Of a stretch of 64,000 bases of DNA, positions 10,506 to 19,613 are shown piece by piece (the first letter of the stretch is position 1; each line of letters opens with the position of its first letter). This stretch comes from Magnetococcales bacterium (GTDB taxonomy: Bacteria; Pseudomonadota; Magnetococcia; Magnetococcales; JADFWU01). Position numbers and translations under genes: made by a program. The stretch covers positions 1,521 through 65,520 of the forward strand of contig JADFWU010000015.1 of assembly GCA_015234045.1 (NCBI GenBank). The letters are read 5' to 3'. Under the pieces are notes generated by a model. It had not been told where the DNA came from. It saw only the letters and a program-made list of their open reading frames with translations, and did not search any database.

Positions 10506-11230
10506 TGGTGTCCGCTTCAACTGATGGTATGGGCATTGCGCTTGAAGATCGTTTGATCTTCGCGTTGGATGTACCAACGGTTGCGGAGGCTAAAGCACTT
10601 GTCGAGAAGCTTGATGACTCGGTTAATGTGTTTAAAATTGGCTTGGAGCTGTTTTGCTCGGGTGGCTACTTTGAATTGAGCGAATGGCTTCTGTCGCGTG
10701 ATAAGAAGATTTTTGCTGATTTAAAGTTATATGATATTCCTGCCACAGTTGGACGTGCTGTAGCGCGTCTGAGTGGTCAGGGTTATACGTTTCTAACAGT
10801 TCATGGTGATAATGCCGTCATGGAAGCGGCTGCGGCTAACAAAGGCCCAGATATGAAAATTCTGGCTGTGACTGTGCTTACCAGTGCCAATGATGCCTAT
10901 TTGTTGGAAAAAGGCTATCAGAGTAGTGTTGAAGCATTGGTCTTGAAGCGGGCGGCAAAAGCGTTGGAGATTGGTTGTGATGGTGTGATCTCTTCAGCAG
11001 TGGAAGCACCTCGGTTGAAAAGCCAGTTTGGTGATCAATTGCTGGTGGTGACACCTGGCATTCGACCGGTTGGAACTGCTTCTCAGGATCAGAAGCGCGT
11101 TGTAACGGTTGAGCAGGCGTTTAAAAACGGATCCGATTATATCGTCATTGGCCGACCTGTTCGAGATGCAGTCGATCCGGCACAGGCAGCGCGTGAGATA
11201 CAAAATCAGATTCAAGCTGTGTTTGTATAG
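10505..11230 (+). CDS. pyrF: orotidine 5'-phosphate decarboxylase
   Basis: LIFALDV...FKIG.ELF, DLKLYDIPATV and a C-terminal IVIGRP motif are present. Confidence 0.87.
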   Translation: MVSASTDGMGIALEDRLIFALDVPTVAEAKALVEKLDDSVNVFKIGLELFCSGGYFELSEWLLSRDKKIFADLKLYDIPATVGRAVARLSGQGYTFLTVHGDNAVMEAAAANKGPDMKILAVTVLTSANDAYLLEKGYQSSVEALVLKRAAKALEIGCDGVISSAVEAPRLKSQFGDQLLVVTPGIRPVGTASQDQKRVVTVEQAFKNGSDYIVIGRPVRDAVDPAQAAREIQNQIQAVFV

Positions 11231-11387
11231 TGGATTACGTCTAAAATTTGAACAGTCAGCCGTTCCAGCCCTGGTGATGTTTTTGCTCTGATGACCTGCT
11301 TCGCATATCACAAAGCGGCGCAAAAACATCACCAGGGCTTTCACTCAGGTTGTGACTCATTGTAAAATTTTGGCTCGAAATGACTAT
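11226..11387 (+). mobile_element. R1 MITE-like repeat, copy 1 (162 bp)
   Basis: Roughly 85-90% similar by eye to the copies at 17730-17891 and 30267-30427. Imperfect ~25-nt terminal inverted repeats run TATAGTGRTTTCG.TCYGAAATT...CGAAATSACTAT. There is an internal perfect 18-bp IR, CCCTGGTGATGTTTTTGC (11269-11286) / GCAAAAACATCACCAGGG (11320-11337). Confidence 0.6.
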
Positions 11388-11419
11388 CTGAATTTTACAG
11401 TGATCACTATAAAATTCAG
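11388..11419. repeat. near-perfect 32-bp palindrome abutting R1 copy 1
   Basis: CTGAATTTTAcAGTGATCACTaTAAAATTCAG has 2 asymmetric positions. Its centre, AGTGA|TCACT, resembles two R1 tips joined head-to-head. Confidence 0.5.
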
Positions 11420-11421
11420 AT

Positions 11422-11461
11422 AAAAAAAGCACTCTCATTTAAAAGAGAGTGCTTTTTTTTT
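11422..11461. terminator. bidirectional rho-independent terminator (pyrF / convergent cytidylate-kinase-like gene)
   Basis: An A-run, then GCACTCTC-atttaaaa-GAGAGTGC (11429-11452), then a T9 run. Confidence 0.75.
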
Positions 11462-11480
11462 GCGAAACGCTTGTTGAAAT

Positions 11481-12149
11481 TTAAATATCAGCTGCTTTGA
11501 TGGCAGCGGCAATTACTTCAACCGCTTGTTCCGGTGTGTATAGATCGGAGTTAATCACCAGATCATAGTAGGTTTTGCGTGTGCTGTAGCGTTTAAAGAT
11601 TCGGCGTACATAGCGCACACGGTCTTCATTGGTATTGATGATTAATTCTTTAGCACGCGACTTTTTAATGCCAAGACGACGTGTAACACGCTCTACACAG
11701 CGGTCAAGAGAACCATCAATGCGAACGCGCAGTGCTTTACGTGCAGGCAGGAGAAGATGAGCACCACGACCAACGATAACGCCACCGCCAGATTTGCTGA
11801 TTGTGAGAATCACTTTAATCATGGCTCGATAAAAATCATCTTTGGAGCCATGGCGAACAAACAGACTATGCACCAATTCGTCAATGACACCAGTGACTTG
11901 TTCGTCCAACTGCTCCATGAGATAAGGATCAGTTTGCGCCTCTTTTGCTGCTTCTCGGAGAAGGGCACGATCATAAAAGCGAATATTAAGTTTTTCAGAC
12001 AGCAGTTTGGCAATTTGGGTTCCGTTAGCACCAAAACCACGGGAAATGGTAATTAAAGGGCCATCGGTTGGACCTTCATCGCCTTGAGTGTCCTCATAGA
12101 TTTGGGCACCGATGATGGATTGAATGATTTTATGTGGATCGTCAGCCAT
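11481..12149 (-). CDS. cytidylate kinase-like family (P-loop-like) protein
   Basis: ITISRGFGANGTQIAKLLSEKLNIRFYDRALL resembles the cytidylate-kinase-2-type N-terminus. The ATG at 12149 has an AGGAGAGAG RBS. The track start at 12242 is probably too far upstream. Confidence 0.6.
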   Translation of the reverse strand: MADDPHKIIQSIIGAQIYEDTQGDEGPTDGPLITISRGFGANGTQIAKLLSEKLNIRFYDRALLREAAKEAQTDPYLMEQLDEQVTGVIDELVHSLFVRHGSKDDFYRAMIKVILTISKSGGGVIVGRGAHLLLPARKALRVRIDGSLDRCVERVTRRLGIKKSRAKELIINTNEDRVRYVRRIFKRYSTRKTYYDLVINSDLYTPEQAVEVIAAAIKAADI

Positions 12150-12339
12150 ATTATCTCTCTCCTGGATGCAATCATTCACCGCGAACACACTGCTGGTGTA
12201 TATAATTTTATCGGGTGTATTGTCTACTAAACAATATTCCAACCCAGTTCACAAGGCAAAATGAGGTTGCCGAAACTCGACAACCTCATTGTGCGTGATC
12301 AACGTTCCCTGTTGAAAGTTCCTTGTTGCCAAGGAAGAA

Positions 12340-13209
12340 CTATTTTGTCCAGTTCATTTCTTCAGGAACAGTTCTTACAATCTGGCTATCGTACTTCAGC
12401 AAGCTTTCATCCTTGTCAGGATAGTCAACTTGGCTCAAGAAGTAGCGGATGCAGTTGATACGGGCGCGTTTTTTGTCATCGGACTTGATGATGGTCCAAG
12501 GAGCCCAAGGTGTATCTGTGTACCAGAACATGTCATCTTTGGCTTCGGTGTATACGTCCCAAACACCCTGAGAATCTTTATCAACTGGGCTGAGTTTCCA
12601 CTGTTTGAGTGGGTTGGTCAGGCGGCGGTTGAAGCGGAACAGCTGCTCTTCTTTGCTGACCGAGAACCAGAATTTGAAGACGATGATGCCGGAGTTAACC
12701 AAGGAACGCTCGTACTCAGGTACGAAACGGAGGAACTCACGAGTTTGATCTTTTTCGCAGAAGCCCATCACGCGCTCAACAACAGCACGGTTGTACCAGG
12801 AGCGATCAAAGAACACCCATTGGCCAGCATGAGGCAGATGCTTGACATAGCGTTGGAAGTACCATTGGGTACGTTCAATGTCAGTGGGCTTGTCAAGAGC
12901 AACGACATTAACGGAGCGTGGGTTCAAGAACTCGATGAAGCGCTTGAGTGTGCCGCCTTTACCGCCAGCGTCACGACCTTCATAGATGCACATGACGCGC
13001 AGGTCATTCTCACGAATCCAGTTCTGAGCTTTCAGAAGTTCGATCCGAAGAGGATGCATGGTCTCCTCGTAGGGAATCCGCTTCAACTTTTTCGTTGTTG
13101 CGCGGGGAGCCTGATTGGCACGTGCGTGACCGGCACCCAGCTCAATGGCTTCCAAATCTTTCATGGGGTTATGGTTCAGCGTATAGGGGAGACCGTTATC
13201 TTGTCCCAT
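12340..13209 (-). CDS. ppk2: polyphosphate kinase 2 (single-domain PPK2)
   Basis: YEGRDAGGKGGTLKRF (Walker A-like), FDRSWYNRAVVERVMGF and the lid region are typical of PPK2. Confidence 0.87.
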   Translation of the reverse strand: MGQDNGLPYTLNHNPMKDLEAIELGAGHARANQAPRATTKKLKRIPYEETMHPLRIELLKAQNWIRENDLRVMCIYEGRDAGGKGGTLKRFIEFLNPRSVNVVALDKPTDIERTQWYFQRYVKHLPHAGQWVFFDRSWYNRAVVERVMGFCEKDQTREFLRFVPEYERSLVNSGIIVFKFWFSVSKEEQLFRFNRRLTNPLKQWKLSPVDKDSQGVWDVYTEAKDDMFWYTDTPWAPWTIIKSDDKKRARINCIRYFLSQVDYPDKDESLLKYDSQIVRTVPEEMNWTK

Positions 13210-13726
13210 TGATTCCTCCTAGCTTTCTATTATCTGCCAAAAGTTCGGCAAGTATGGTTCAGTATTTTGCCATCATATTGAATTTATGGCATATAGTGAA
13301 CAAGTAAATGCTCTTCTATGTATTGATTAATGACGTAACCGATAAAAGATTAAGCGCAACGGATTGGCACGATCCCGTTGTCAAACACCTAGTCCTGGCA
13401 GGAACCTAGATAAGGAAACGCCTGAATATTGAGGGAAATCGGTGATTGAGCTTCGTCACATCACGCTACACAGGGTAAAAACAGTGCAAATATAGTGGGA
13501 TCACCTCGCCCTGTCCACCGTTTATGGTGTTTTTTTCACGTTTATGTAAAAAAATATCGGAAAGAGGGCGATACAATGGTGAATTGTCCTCTCTGCATTT
13601 TGATGATAACTGGACTGTGAAATCCTGGACAAAGGGGCATGTCAAACTGTATAGTGCGCGTTAATTACACACAGTAGTAACTGTACGTTACCCGCTAATC
13701 CCACAATATTTGAGAGGGGAAGCCGC

Positions 13727-14638
13727 ATGTCGCAATCACCGGTTCTCGCAGAACATTCAGTGGATGATGCGTTTCAGGCTATTCTGAAAGCCAACTATGC
13801 CTATATGGAAACATGGTTGGATAACGCCTATCACCGTGAGACAATTCGAGGTGTCCATCAGACCCGTGTTTCTTTCCGTCGCATGCGTTCTGCTTTGTCC
13901 GTATTTCGTAAAGCCATCCCTCGGGAAGCGGTACAAAAAATGGGCGACGAAATGAAGTGGTTTGCCAGTGAGTTAGGTCCGGCCCGTGACTCCGATGTGT
14001 TCATTGATGAAGGTCTGGGTGATAAGAATATCAAAGGTAAAATCGGTCCTGCTGCCGGTGAAGCGAAGATGTTGGCTTTGACTGAAGCCAAAAATGCAGA
14101 AGCCTATATCAAGGTCCGTGCCGCCATTGATGATCCGCGTTTTGCACAGTTTCGCAAAGACTTTACCGAGTGGGTTGATAGTAAAGGCTGGCGTAATGAC
14201 ATGTCGCCCAAGATGGTCAAAAGACTCGATAAAAATATTACGGGTTTTGCTGTCAAGGTGATGACCAAACGGTTTAATAAAATTCTTGCTGCTGGTGATG
14301 ATCTGGGTGTGCTGCCTGATTATGAACTGCATGAGTTACGCATTCAGTGTAAGAAGTTGCGCTACTCCATTGAGTTTTTCTCAGGTCTGTTTGATGCGGA
14401 TGAAATGGCCGAATTTACTGCACGTTTCAAAGCGGTTCAACGCCAGTTGGGTATCATCAACGATGTTGCTGTAATGCCCGGTCTGCTTGAGTGGGTACTT
14501 GGTGACTCTGATGATGCAGAAGTAAAAGAGTTTGCAGATGGTGTTGCAAAACTGCGTTGGGAACAGCAGGGTGTTGCTAAATCCAAATTGCCTGGTTTGT
14601 GGACGGATCTTGGTGCAACGAAAATTCCCTGGGCCTGA
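13727..14638 (+). CDS. CHAD domain-containing protein (paralog 1)
   Basis: Basic helical repeats VHQTRVSFRRMRSALSVFRKAIP and LHELRIQCKKLRYSIEFF match the CHAD pattern (VH.lRv..RRlRsal..f ... LH.lRi..KrlRY..E.f). Confidence 0.75.
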   Translation: MSQSPVLAEHSVDDAFQAILKANYAYMETWLDNAYHRETIRGVHQTRVSFRRMRSALSVFRKAIPREAVQKMGDEMKWFASELGPARDSDVFIDEGLGDKNIKGKIGPAAGEAKMLALTEAKNAEAYIKVRAAIDDPRFAQFRKDFTEWVDSKGWRNDMSPKMVKRLDKNITGFAVKVMTKRFNKILAAGDDLGVLPDYELHELRIQCKKLRYSIEFFSGLFDADEMAEFTARFKAVQRQLGIINDVAVMPGLLEWVLGDSDDAEVKEFADGVAKLRWEQQGVAKSKLPGLWTDLGATKIPWA

Positions 14639-14828
14639 TTTCGCCTATGTAATACACTGATGATTATGATGGAAGTATCTCATGATCACTCGATAAAATC
14701 GGAAAAAGGGGGAAGAGCGGCTGGTTCGTTCATCCTCCTTTTTTTTTCCTGAGTCGTTCGGAAAAACGGTTTGTGTTTTTCAGTTCGGCTTATCTTTCAG
14801 ATTCCTGTTGGTACGGAGTATTGCCACC

Positions 14829-15752
14829 ATGTCTCTCCCAAAAAAAACACCAGCACCGGTGACACTAAGACAATCTGCTGACGAAGCATTTGCAACCATC
14901 TTGTTGCATAATTTTCAGTACTTAAAACAGTATGAACCGGTAGCATATAAGGGCGAGAGTATACGTGGTGTGCATCAGGTTCGTGTATCGTATCGTCGGA
15001 TGCGTTCAGCGGTAAAAAACTTTCGCCGCGCCTTGCCGCGTGAGTTGACCGACCCAATGGCCGGTGAAATGAAATGGTTTTCCCGCGAGCTTGGACCGGC
15101 TCGGGATCTTGACGTTTTCCTGGATGAAGTGCTCGAACCCCTTTCAGGCAAGTTGGAGCCATCAGCAGGTGAAGCCAAGTTGAAGGAGCTCATCCAGAAA
15201 GAGCGTGAGAGCGCGTATAACCGTGTTCGCAGTGCCATAGGCAGCAAGCGGTATCGTCGTTTTTGTCATGATTTTGAGATCTGGGTTAAAGAGAGTGGTT
15301 GGCGAAAGCGGGCGAGTGGAAAACAGAAAAAAGTGATGGATACACCCATCAAGAAATACGCGGCCAAAGAGTTGGAGCGGCGGTTTGTTCGCTTTGTAGC
15401 GTTTGGCAAAAAGCGCCAGGAAATGGATGATGATCAGTTGCACCGCTTGCGCATCCAGGGCAAAGAGATTCGCTATGCGTGTGAGTTTTTCACTCCAATT
15501 TTTGGTGCACAGAGCATTCAGTCATTTGTAAATAAGATGAAGGGTGTTCAAAGCATTTTAGGTACAGTTCATGATATGGCGGTAATGCCTGAAATGTTGG
15601 ACCGAATTGCCGAAAAGGCTCAGGATGACGATGTGACGGCTTATATTAAAGCCATTGTCGAGAGTCGGACCTCCGCGCGGGATGAGTTGATGGCGCAGCT
15701 GGAACGAGATTGGCGCTCTTTGGCAGGTGCTAGAAGGCCTTGGAAGCGGTAG
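14829..15752 (+). CDS. CHAD domain-containing protein (paralog 2)
   Basis: VHQVRVSYRRMRSAVKNFRRALP and LHRLRIQGKEIRYACEFF are collinear with the upstream paralog. An alternative start lies at 14808. Confidence 0.75.
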   Translation: MSLPKKTPAPVTLRQSADEAFATILLHNFQYLKQYEPVAYKGESIRGVHQVRVSYRRMRSAVKNFRRALPRELTDPMAGEMKWFSRELGPARDLDVFLDEVLEPLSGKLEPSAGEAKLKELIQKERESAYNRVRSAIGSKRYRRFCHDFEIWVKESGWRKRASGKQKKVMDTPIKKYAAKELERRFVRFVAFGKKRQEMDDDQLHRLRIQGKEIRYACEFFTPIFGAQSIQSFVNKMKGVQSILGTVHDMAVMPEMLDRIAEKAQDDDVTAYIKAIVESRTSARDELMAQLERDWRSLAGARRPWKR

Positions 15753-15767
15753 AAAAGTTGAAAAGAT

Positions 15768-15800
15768 CCACAGGAAAGGAGCGTTTCTCTTTTCCTGTGG
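15768..15800 (+). terminator. hairpin downstream of the second CHAD gene (possible terminator)
   Basis: CCACAGGAAA-13 nt-TTTCCTGTGG, a 10-bp stem with no clear T-run. Confidence 0.35.
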
Positions 15801-16147
15801 AACGCTTACTCAGTAACCATGCTGTCACACCAGACAGATTTATCTTGATCCCCATCATAAGAAACTGTTGACCCCACTTCCTTCTCCAATAGACCAAAAC
15901 TGAGAGATAAAGACTTTATCAAAGCGATAAAAGCCTTTATCCTTCACAGCCCTTCAACTTTCCATTCATGCTGTTGATACCCTCTAACATAGTGTATTGG
16001 TCTACTGTTTATTCAAGCCCTTGTAATTGACGGGTAAAGCATGTTGTTGACTGGGGATTGGTTCATCCAACTATATGGAGTTGTTCAATAGATCATGATT
16101 GTTCTATCTGATTGTTTTACAAATAATATTAACTTGGCTAAGGTGAT

Positions 16148-17701
16148 ATGATTAATCTGTGTTCAAAAGGTCAAGTTTGCCATTATAAAAATGAGATCCT
16201 GTCTGGTTTGACTGTGGCTCTGGCGTTGGTGCCAGAAGCCATTGCGTTTGCCATTGTGGCGCAGTTGGAGCCGTTGGTTGGTCTTTATGCTGCGTTAATT
16301 GTTGTGTTTATTACCTCAATAATAGGTGGTCGTCCTGGTATGATCTCCGGCGCAACTGGTGCGCTGGCTGTTATTATGATGGGGTTGGTGGTGATTCACG
16401 GGGTTGAGTATCTGTTTGCTGCTGTGGTTTTGATGGGGCTTATTCAGATATTGTTTGGCATTTTACGGCTGGGGAAGTTTGTCCGGCTGGTGCCACACTC
16501 AGTGATGCTGGGCTTTGTGAATGGTTTGGCCATTGTAATCTTGTTGGCTCAACTGACTCAGTTTAAGGTTGCTGATCCAGTCGATGGCACTTTGTCCTGG
16601 ATGAGTGGTACACCGTTATGGACAATTATGGGACTGATTGCCCTGACCATGGCCATCATCCATTTTTTGCCGAAATTGACCAAAGCCATTCCAGCCTCTT
16701 TGGCCGGTATTCTGGTTGTCTCAACCATCACCATCGTCTTTGAACTACCAGTGAGAACGGTAGGGGATATCGCTTCAATTGCTGGTGGTTTTCCTGATTT
16801 TCATATTCCCATGGTGCCGTTTTCAAACATGACAGAGATTATGGACACGCTGTTCATAATCTTTCCCTATGCGGCAGCCTTTGCAGCGATTGGCTTGACC
16901 GAGTCGCTGTTGACCATGACTGTCATTGATGAGATGACTGAAACCCGTGGCCGAGGCAATAAAGAGTGTGTGGGGCAGGGCGTTGCAAATATTGCCTGTG
17001 GATTTTTCGGAGCCATGGGCGGGTGTGCGATGATCGGTCAATCCATGATCAATGTGAATTCTGGAGGGCGTTGTCGGGTGTCTGGAATTGCAGCGGGGTT
17101 GTTTTTACTGAGTTTTATCATGTTTACTTCGGCGCTGATTTCTAAGATTCCCATGGCGGCGTTGGTGGGTGTGATGTTTATGGTGGTGATTGGTACTTTT
17201 GAGTGGTCCAGCTTCCGTATTATTGGAAAAATTCCCAAATCCGATGCCTTTATTCTTATTGCGGTCTCCGCTGTCACCGTTATTACCGATAATCTGGCAA
17301 TAGCGGTTCTTATTGGTGTTATCATTTCCGCATTGGTATTTGCTTGGGATCATGCAAAAAATATTGGTGTAGAAATTACCCGAGATAATGAAGATTCCAA
17401 GGTGTATGAACTGCGTGGACCGCTGTTTTTTGGATCAACCCACGCCTTTCAAGCCTTGTTTGATCCAATCAATGATCCCGATGATGTGGTGGTGGAGTTT
17501 CAACAGTCGCGTGTTTTTGATCACAGTGGCATCGAAGCTATTGATACCCTGGCAGAGCGTTATCTTAGTATGGATAAACGTCTGCATATCAGATATCTCA
17601 GCCCGGAGTGTGTCAAGTTATTAACAAAAGCGGGTGATCTGTGTGAAGTGAACCTTATTAAAGATCCTGTTTACCATGTGGCCGATGATTCTTTGGCATA
17701 G
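16148..17701 (+). CDS. SulP family inorganic anion transporter with C-terminal STAS domain
   Basis: SGLTVALALVPEAIAFAIVA, multiple TM segments and a STAS-like tail (YELRGPLFFGS...VVVEF..SRVFDHSGIEAI) are present. Confidence 0.87.
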   Translation: MINLCSKGQVCHYKNEILSGLTVALALVPEAIAFAIVAQLEPLVGLYAALIVVFITSIIGGRPGMISGATGALAVIMMGLVVIHGVEYLFAAVVLMGLIQILFGILRLGKFVRLVPHSVMLGFVNGLAIVILLAQLTQFKVADPVDGTLSWMSGTPLWTIMGLIALTMAIIHFLPKLTKAIPASLAGILVVSTITIVFELPVRTVGDIASIAGGFPDFHIPMVPFSNMTEIMDTLFIIFPYAAAFAAIGLTESLLTMTVIDEMTETRGRGNKECVGQGVANIACGFFGAMGGCAMIGQSMINVNSGGRCRVSGIAAGLFLLSFIMFTSALISKIPMAALVGVMFMVVIGTFEWSSFRIIGKIPKSDAFILIAVSAVTVITDNLAIAVLIGVIISALVFAWDHAKNIGVEITRDNEDSKVYELRGPLFFGSTHAFQALFDPINDPDDVVVEFQQSRVFDHSGIEAIDTLAERYLSMDKRLHIRYLSPECVKLLTKAGDLCEVNLIKDPVYHVADDSLA

Positions 17702-17729
17702 AGCGTGTTCAGGAACGCAATTTTTCTAG

Positions 17730-17891
17730 TATCGTGGTTTCGTCTAAAATTTGAACAGTCAGCCGTTCCATCCCTGGTGATATTTTTTTACTCTGATGAT
17801 CTGCTTCGCATATCAAAAGCGGCGCAAAAACATCACCAGGGCTTCCACTCAGGTCGAGATTTGTTGTTAAACTTTGGATGAAAATGACTAA
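17730..17891 (+). mobile_element. R1 MITE-like repeat, copy 2 (162 bp)
   Basis: Collinear with copies 1 and 3. The same internal IR CCTGGTGAT.TTTTT...GCAAAAACATCACCAGGG is present. It lies just 3' of sulP. Confidence 0.6.
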
Positions 17892-17930
17892 AGCGTCTCT
17901 CTGAGTTTCTAAACAGGTTGTTGGAGTGAT

Positions 17931-19586
17931 CTATTCTTTCTCTGGAAAATGAACCGACATTTGTGTGAACGGAATTTCCCAGCCATGTTCAGTACAGGCA
18001 TCTACAGACCAGCGCTGTAAAGCGCGTCGTAACCGGTTATAAAGCGGTGCCTGATTGCCAGTGAAATCTGCGATAACCACAAGATCCAATGAAGATGCAC
18101 CAGCGCTTTGGAATTCTACACGTAGATTCAGCAGATATTTTCCATAGCCATCATTTTGAATGCGGTGCTCAACCGTTTCTTTCAGGGTTTTAAGAATATC
18201 GGTAGTGGCGTTAGCCTGAAGATCGTAGCTAATGCCAATGGTCTCTTTAAGGCGGAAATTGACCGAGATGTTTTCCGGTGACAGGCTAAGAAAGTCAGCC
18301 ATCGGATAGGTTTTATGTGCGCCACCACGTTGGACCAACCGCACCATGTCGTGGGTAATGGATATCACTTTACCTCGGGTGGTGTCGGAAAGAATAACCC
18401 AATCGCCCTTTCTACAGGGAAACCAAGTGATATCTTCGGTCAGTGGCATGGAGATTTTACCCAGCAAAGCTTCTAATGGCAGGCGCAGTTTTAACCCGGC
18501 ATCCGGGTTTTCCAGGGTTGAGAAGAGATTGATTTGTCGGATCTGCCAGGGCAGGCCGGCATACTCCATTCGTTCGCCTTCTCTGACTGAGCCAATGTTG
18601 AGCATGAGTCGGGATTGCTGTAATAGCCCGGGCAAGGTGCGGCGGATGGTCCAGGCCATGCCGAGTAGGATAAGCACACCGAGGCTGAATAAAACCCAAT
18701 CTTCGGCAAAGTAGAACACGGTCATTGGACCGGCAATCAATAGGAAAATTGTGACAATCCGGTAGAGCAAACTAAAGAGCCGGATTGAAAAAGGGCGATG
18801 CACCTTGTTATAGCCGGGTATGATTTTCTTCAGAACGCTGTAGAATCCTTTGCTGATGAAAAAAATCAGTAGAAATACCAATAAACCACCTGCCAGATAA
18901 CGACCACGTTTGCGAAAAAAGTCCTTGATGCCGCTTTTGGACATTTCGGTAAAGGACTCTTCTTCCTGTTCCATTTTATCCAATTGGAACTGAGTGATTT
19001 TGAGCCCATTGTTTATCCGTTCAATCCGTAAACGCCAACGCTCTTTGATCTCTGTTAAACTGGAGCGTACTGAAGGCTCTTTAGATGTGGAGAGCAGTGT
19101 TTCAATATGTTGAGCCGCTTTTTTTGCTTCAGGAAGCGCTTGTTGCAGGTTTAGGATTTTTTCTTTCAGTCTCGACTTGTCTCGCATGCGCGCGGTCATC
19201 ATCTTCATTTCTGTGATGATCGGCTCAACCAGTGCAACAACTTCCTCTTGAATATCAAACTGCTTTTCATTTTCATCCGCGCCATCCGGGCTTTCAATAT
19301 TGGTGGCGATCTGAAGAAAATTATTTTTTGTATCAAGTAATTGTTGTTCTAACTTGTCCAGTTCCTCTTGCAGCTCTTTTTTCTCTAAAGAGGTTGTGGT
19401 TGTCTTGATTTTCTGTTGAGTCTTGCTGATTTCGTTTTCCAAATCCCGCTGCATTTTGAGTACGGAATTCAGGGCTTCCAGTGCTTGCACAGAATTTGAA
19501 ACGCGGGAAGATTTGATTTCTGAGTAGGCAATGATGGGATGTATAAATAAAGCGCAGAGCAGGAAAAAAAACAGAGGGCGAAGCAT
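17931..19586 (-). CDS. mechanosensitive ion channel (MscS) family protein with periplasmic coiled-coil N-domain
   Basis: Signal/TM MLRPLFFFLLCALF, a long coiled coil and TM helices are present. So are beta-domain GDWVILSDTTRGKVISITHDMVRLV and a C-terminal alpha/beta domain ending GWEIPFTQMSVHF. The ATG at 19586 has a GGAG RBS. Confidence 0.65.
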   Translation of the reverse strand: MLRPLFFFLLCALFIHPIIAYSEIKSSRVSNSVQALEALNSVLKMQRDLENEISKTQQKIKTTTTSLEKKELQEELDKLEQQLLDTKNNFLQIATNIESPDGADENEKQFDIQEEVVALVEPIITEMKMMTARMRDKSRLKEKILNLQQALPEAKKAAQHIETLLSTSKEPSVRSSLTEIKERWRLRIERINNGLKITQFQLDKMEQEEESFTEMSKSGIKDFFRKRGRYLAGGLLVFLLIFFISKGFYSVLKKIIPGYNKVHRPFSIRLFSLLYRIVTIFLLIAGPMTVFYFAEDWVLFSLGVLILLGMAWTIRRTLPGLLQQSRLMLNIGSVREGERMEYAGLPWQIRQINLFSTLENPDAGLKLRLPLEALLGKISMPLTEDITWFPCRKGDWVILSDTTRGKVISITHDMVRLVQRGGAHKTYPMADFLSLSPENISVNFRLKETIGISYDLQANATTDILKTLKETVEHRIQNDGYGKYLLNLRVEFQSAGASSLDLVVIADFTGNQAPLYNRLRRALQRWSVDACTEHGWEIPFTQMSVHFPEKE

Positions 19587-19613
19587 AGTGAACTCCACAG
19601 AGAGTGAATGTTA

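Noticed and set aside
10994-11438. Small ORFs sharing peptides such as SPGDVFAP.C and HQSKNITR..TADCSNFRRN (10994-11344, 11256-11438 and 30112-30399, all minus strand).
   Set aside because: The shared peptides arise only because the ORFs run through copies of the R1 repeat. The frames are not conserved across copies, and there are no RBSs.
12430-13212. A 260-aa ORF on the plus strand, fully antisense to ppk2. Similar long shadow ORFs lie at 42078-42794 (-), 39835-40509 (-), 29331-29957 (-), 58526-59152 (+), 2461-2994 (-), 7924-8487 (-), 27868-28308 (-) and 47139-47594 (-).
   Set aside because: Each lies opposite a gene with strong family motifs. Each has no recognisable motif or RBS. They are the usual antisense open frames of moderately GC-rich coding DNA.
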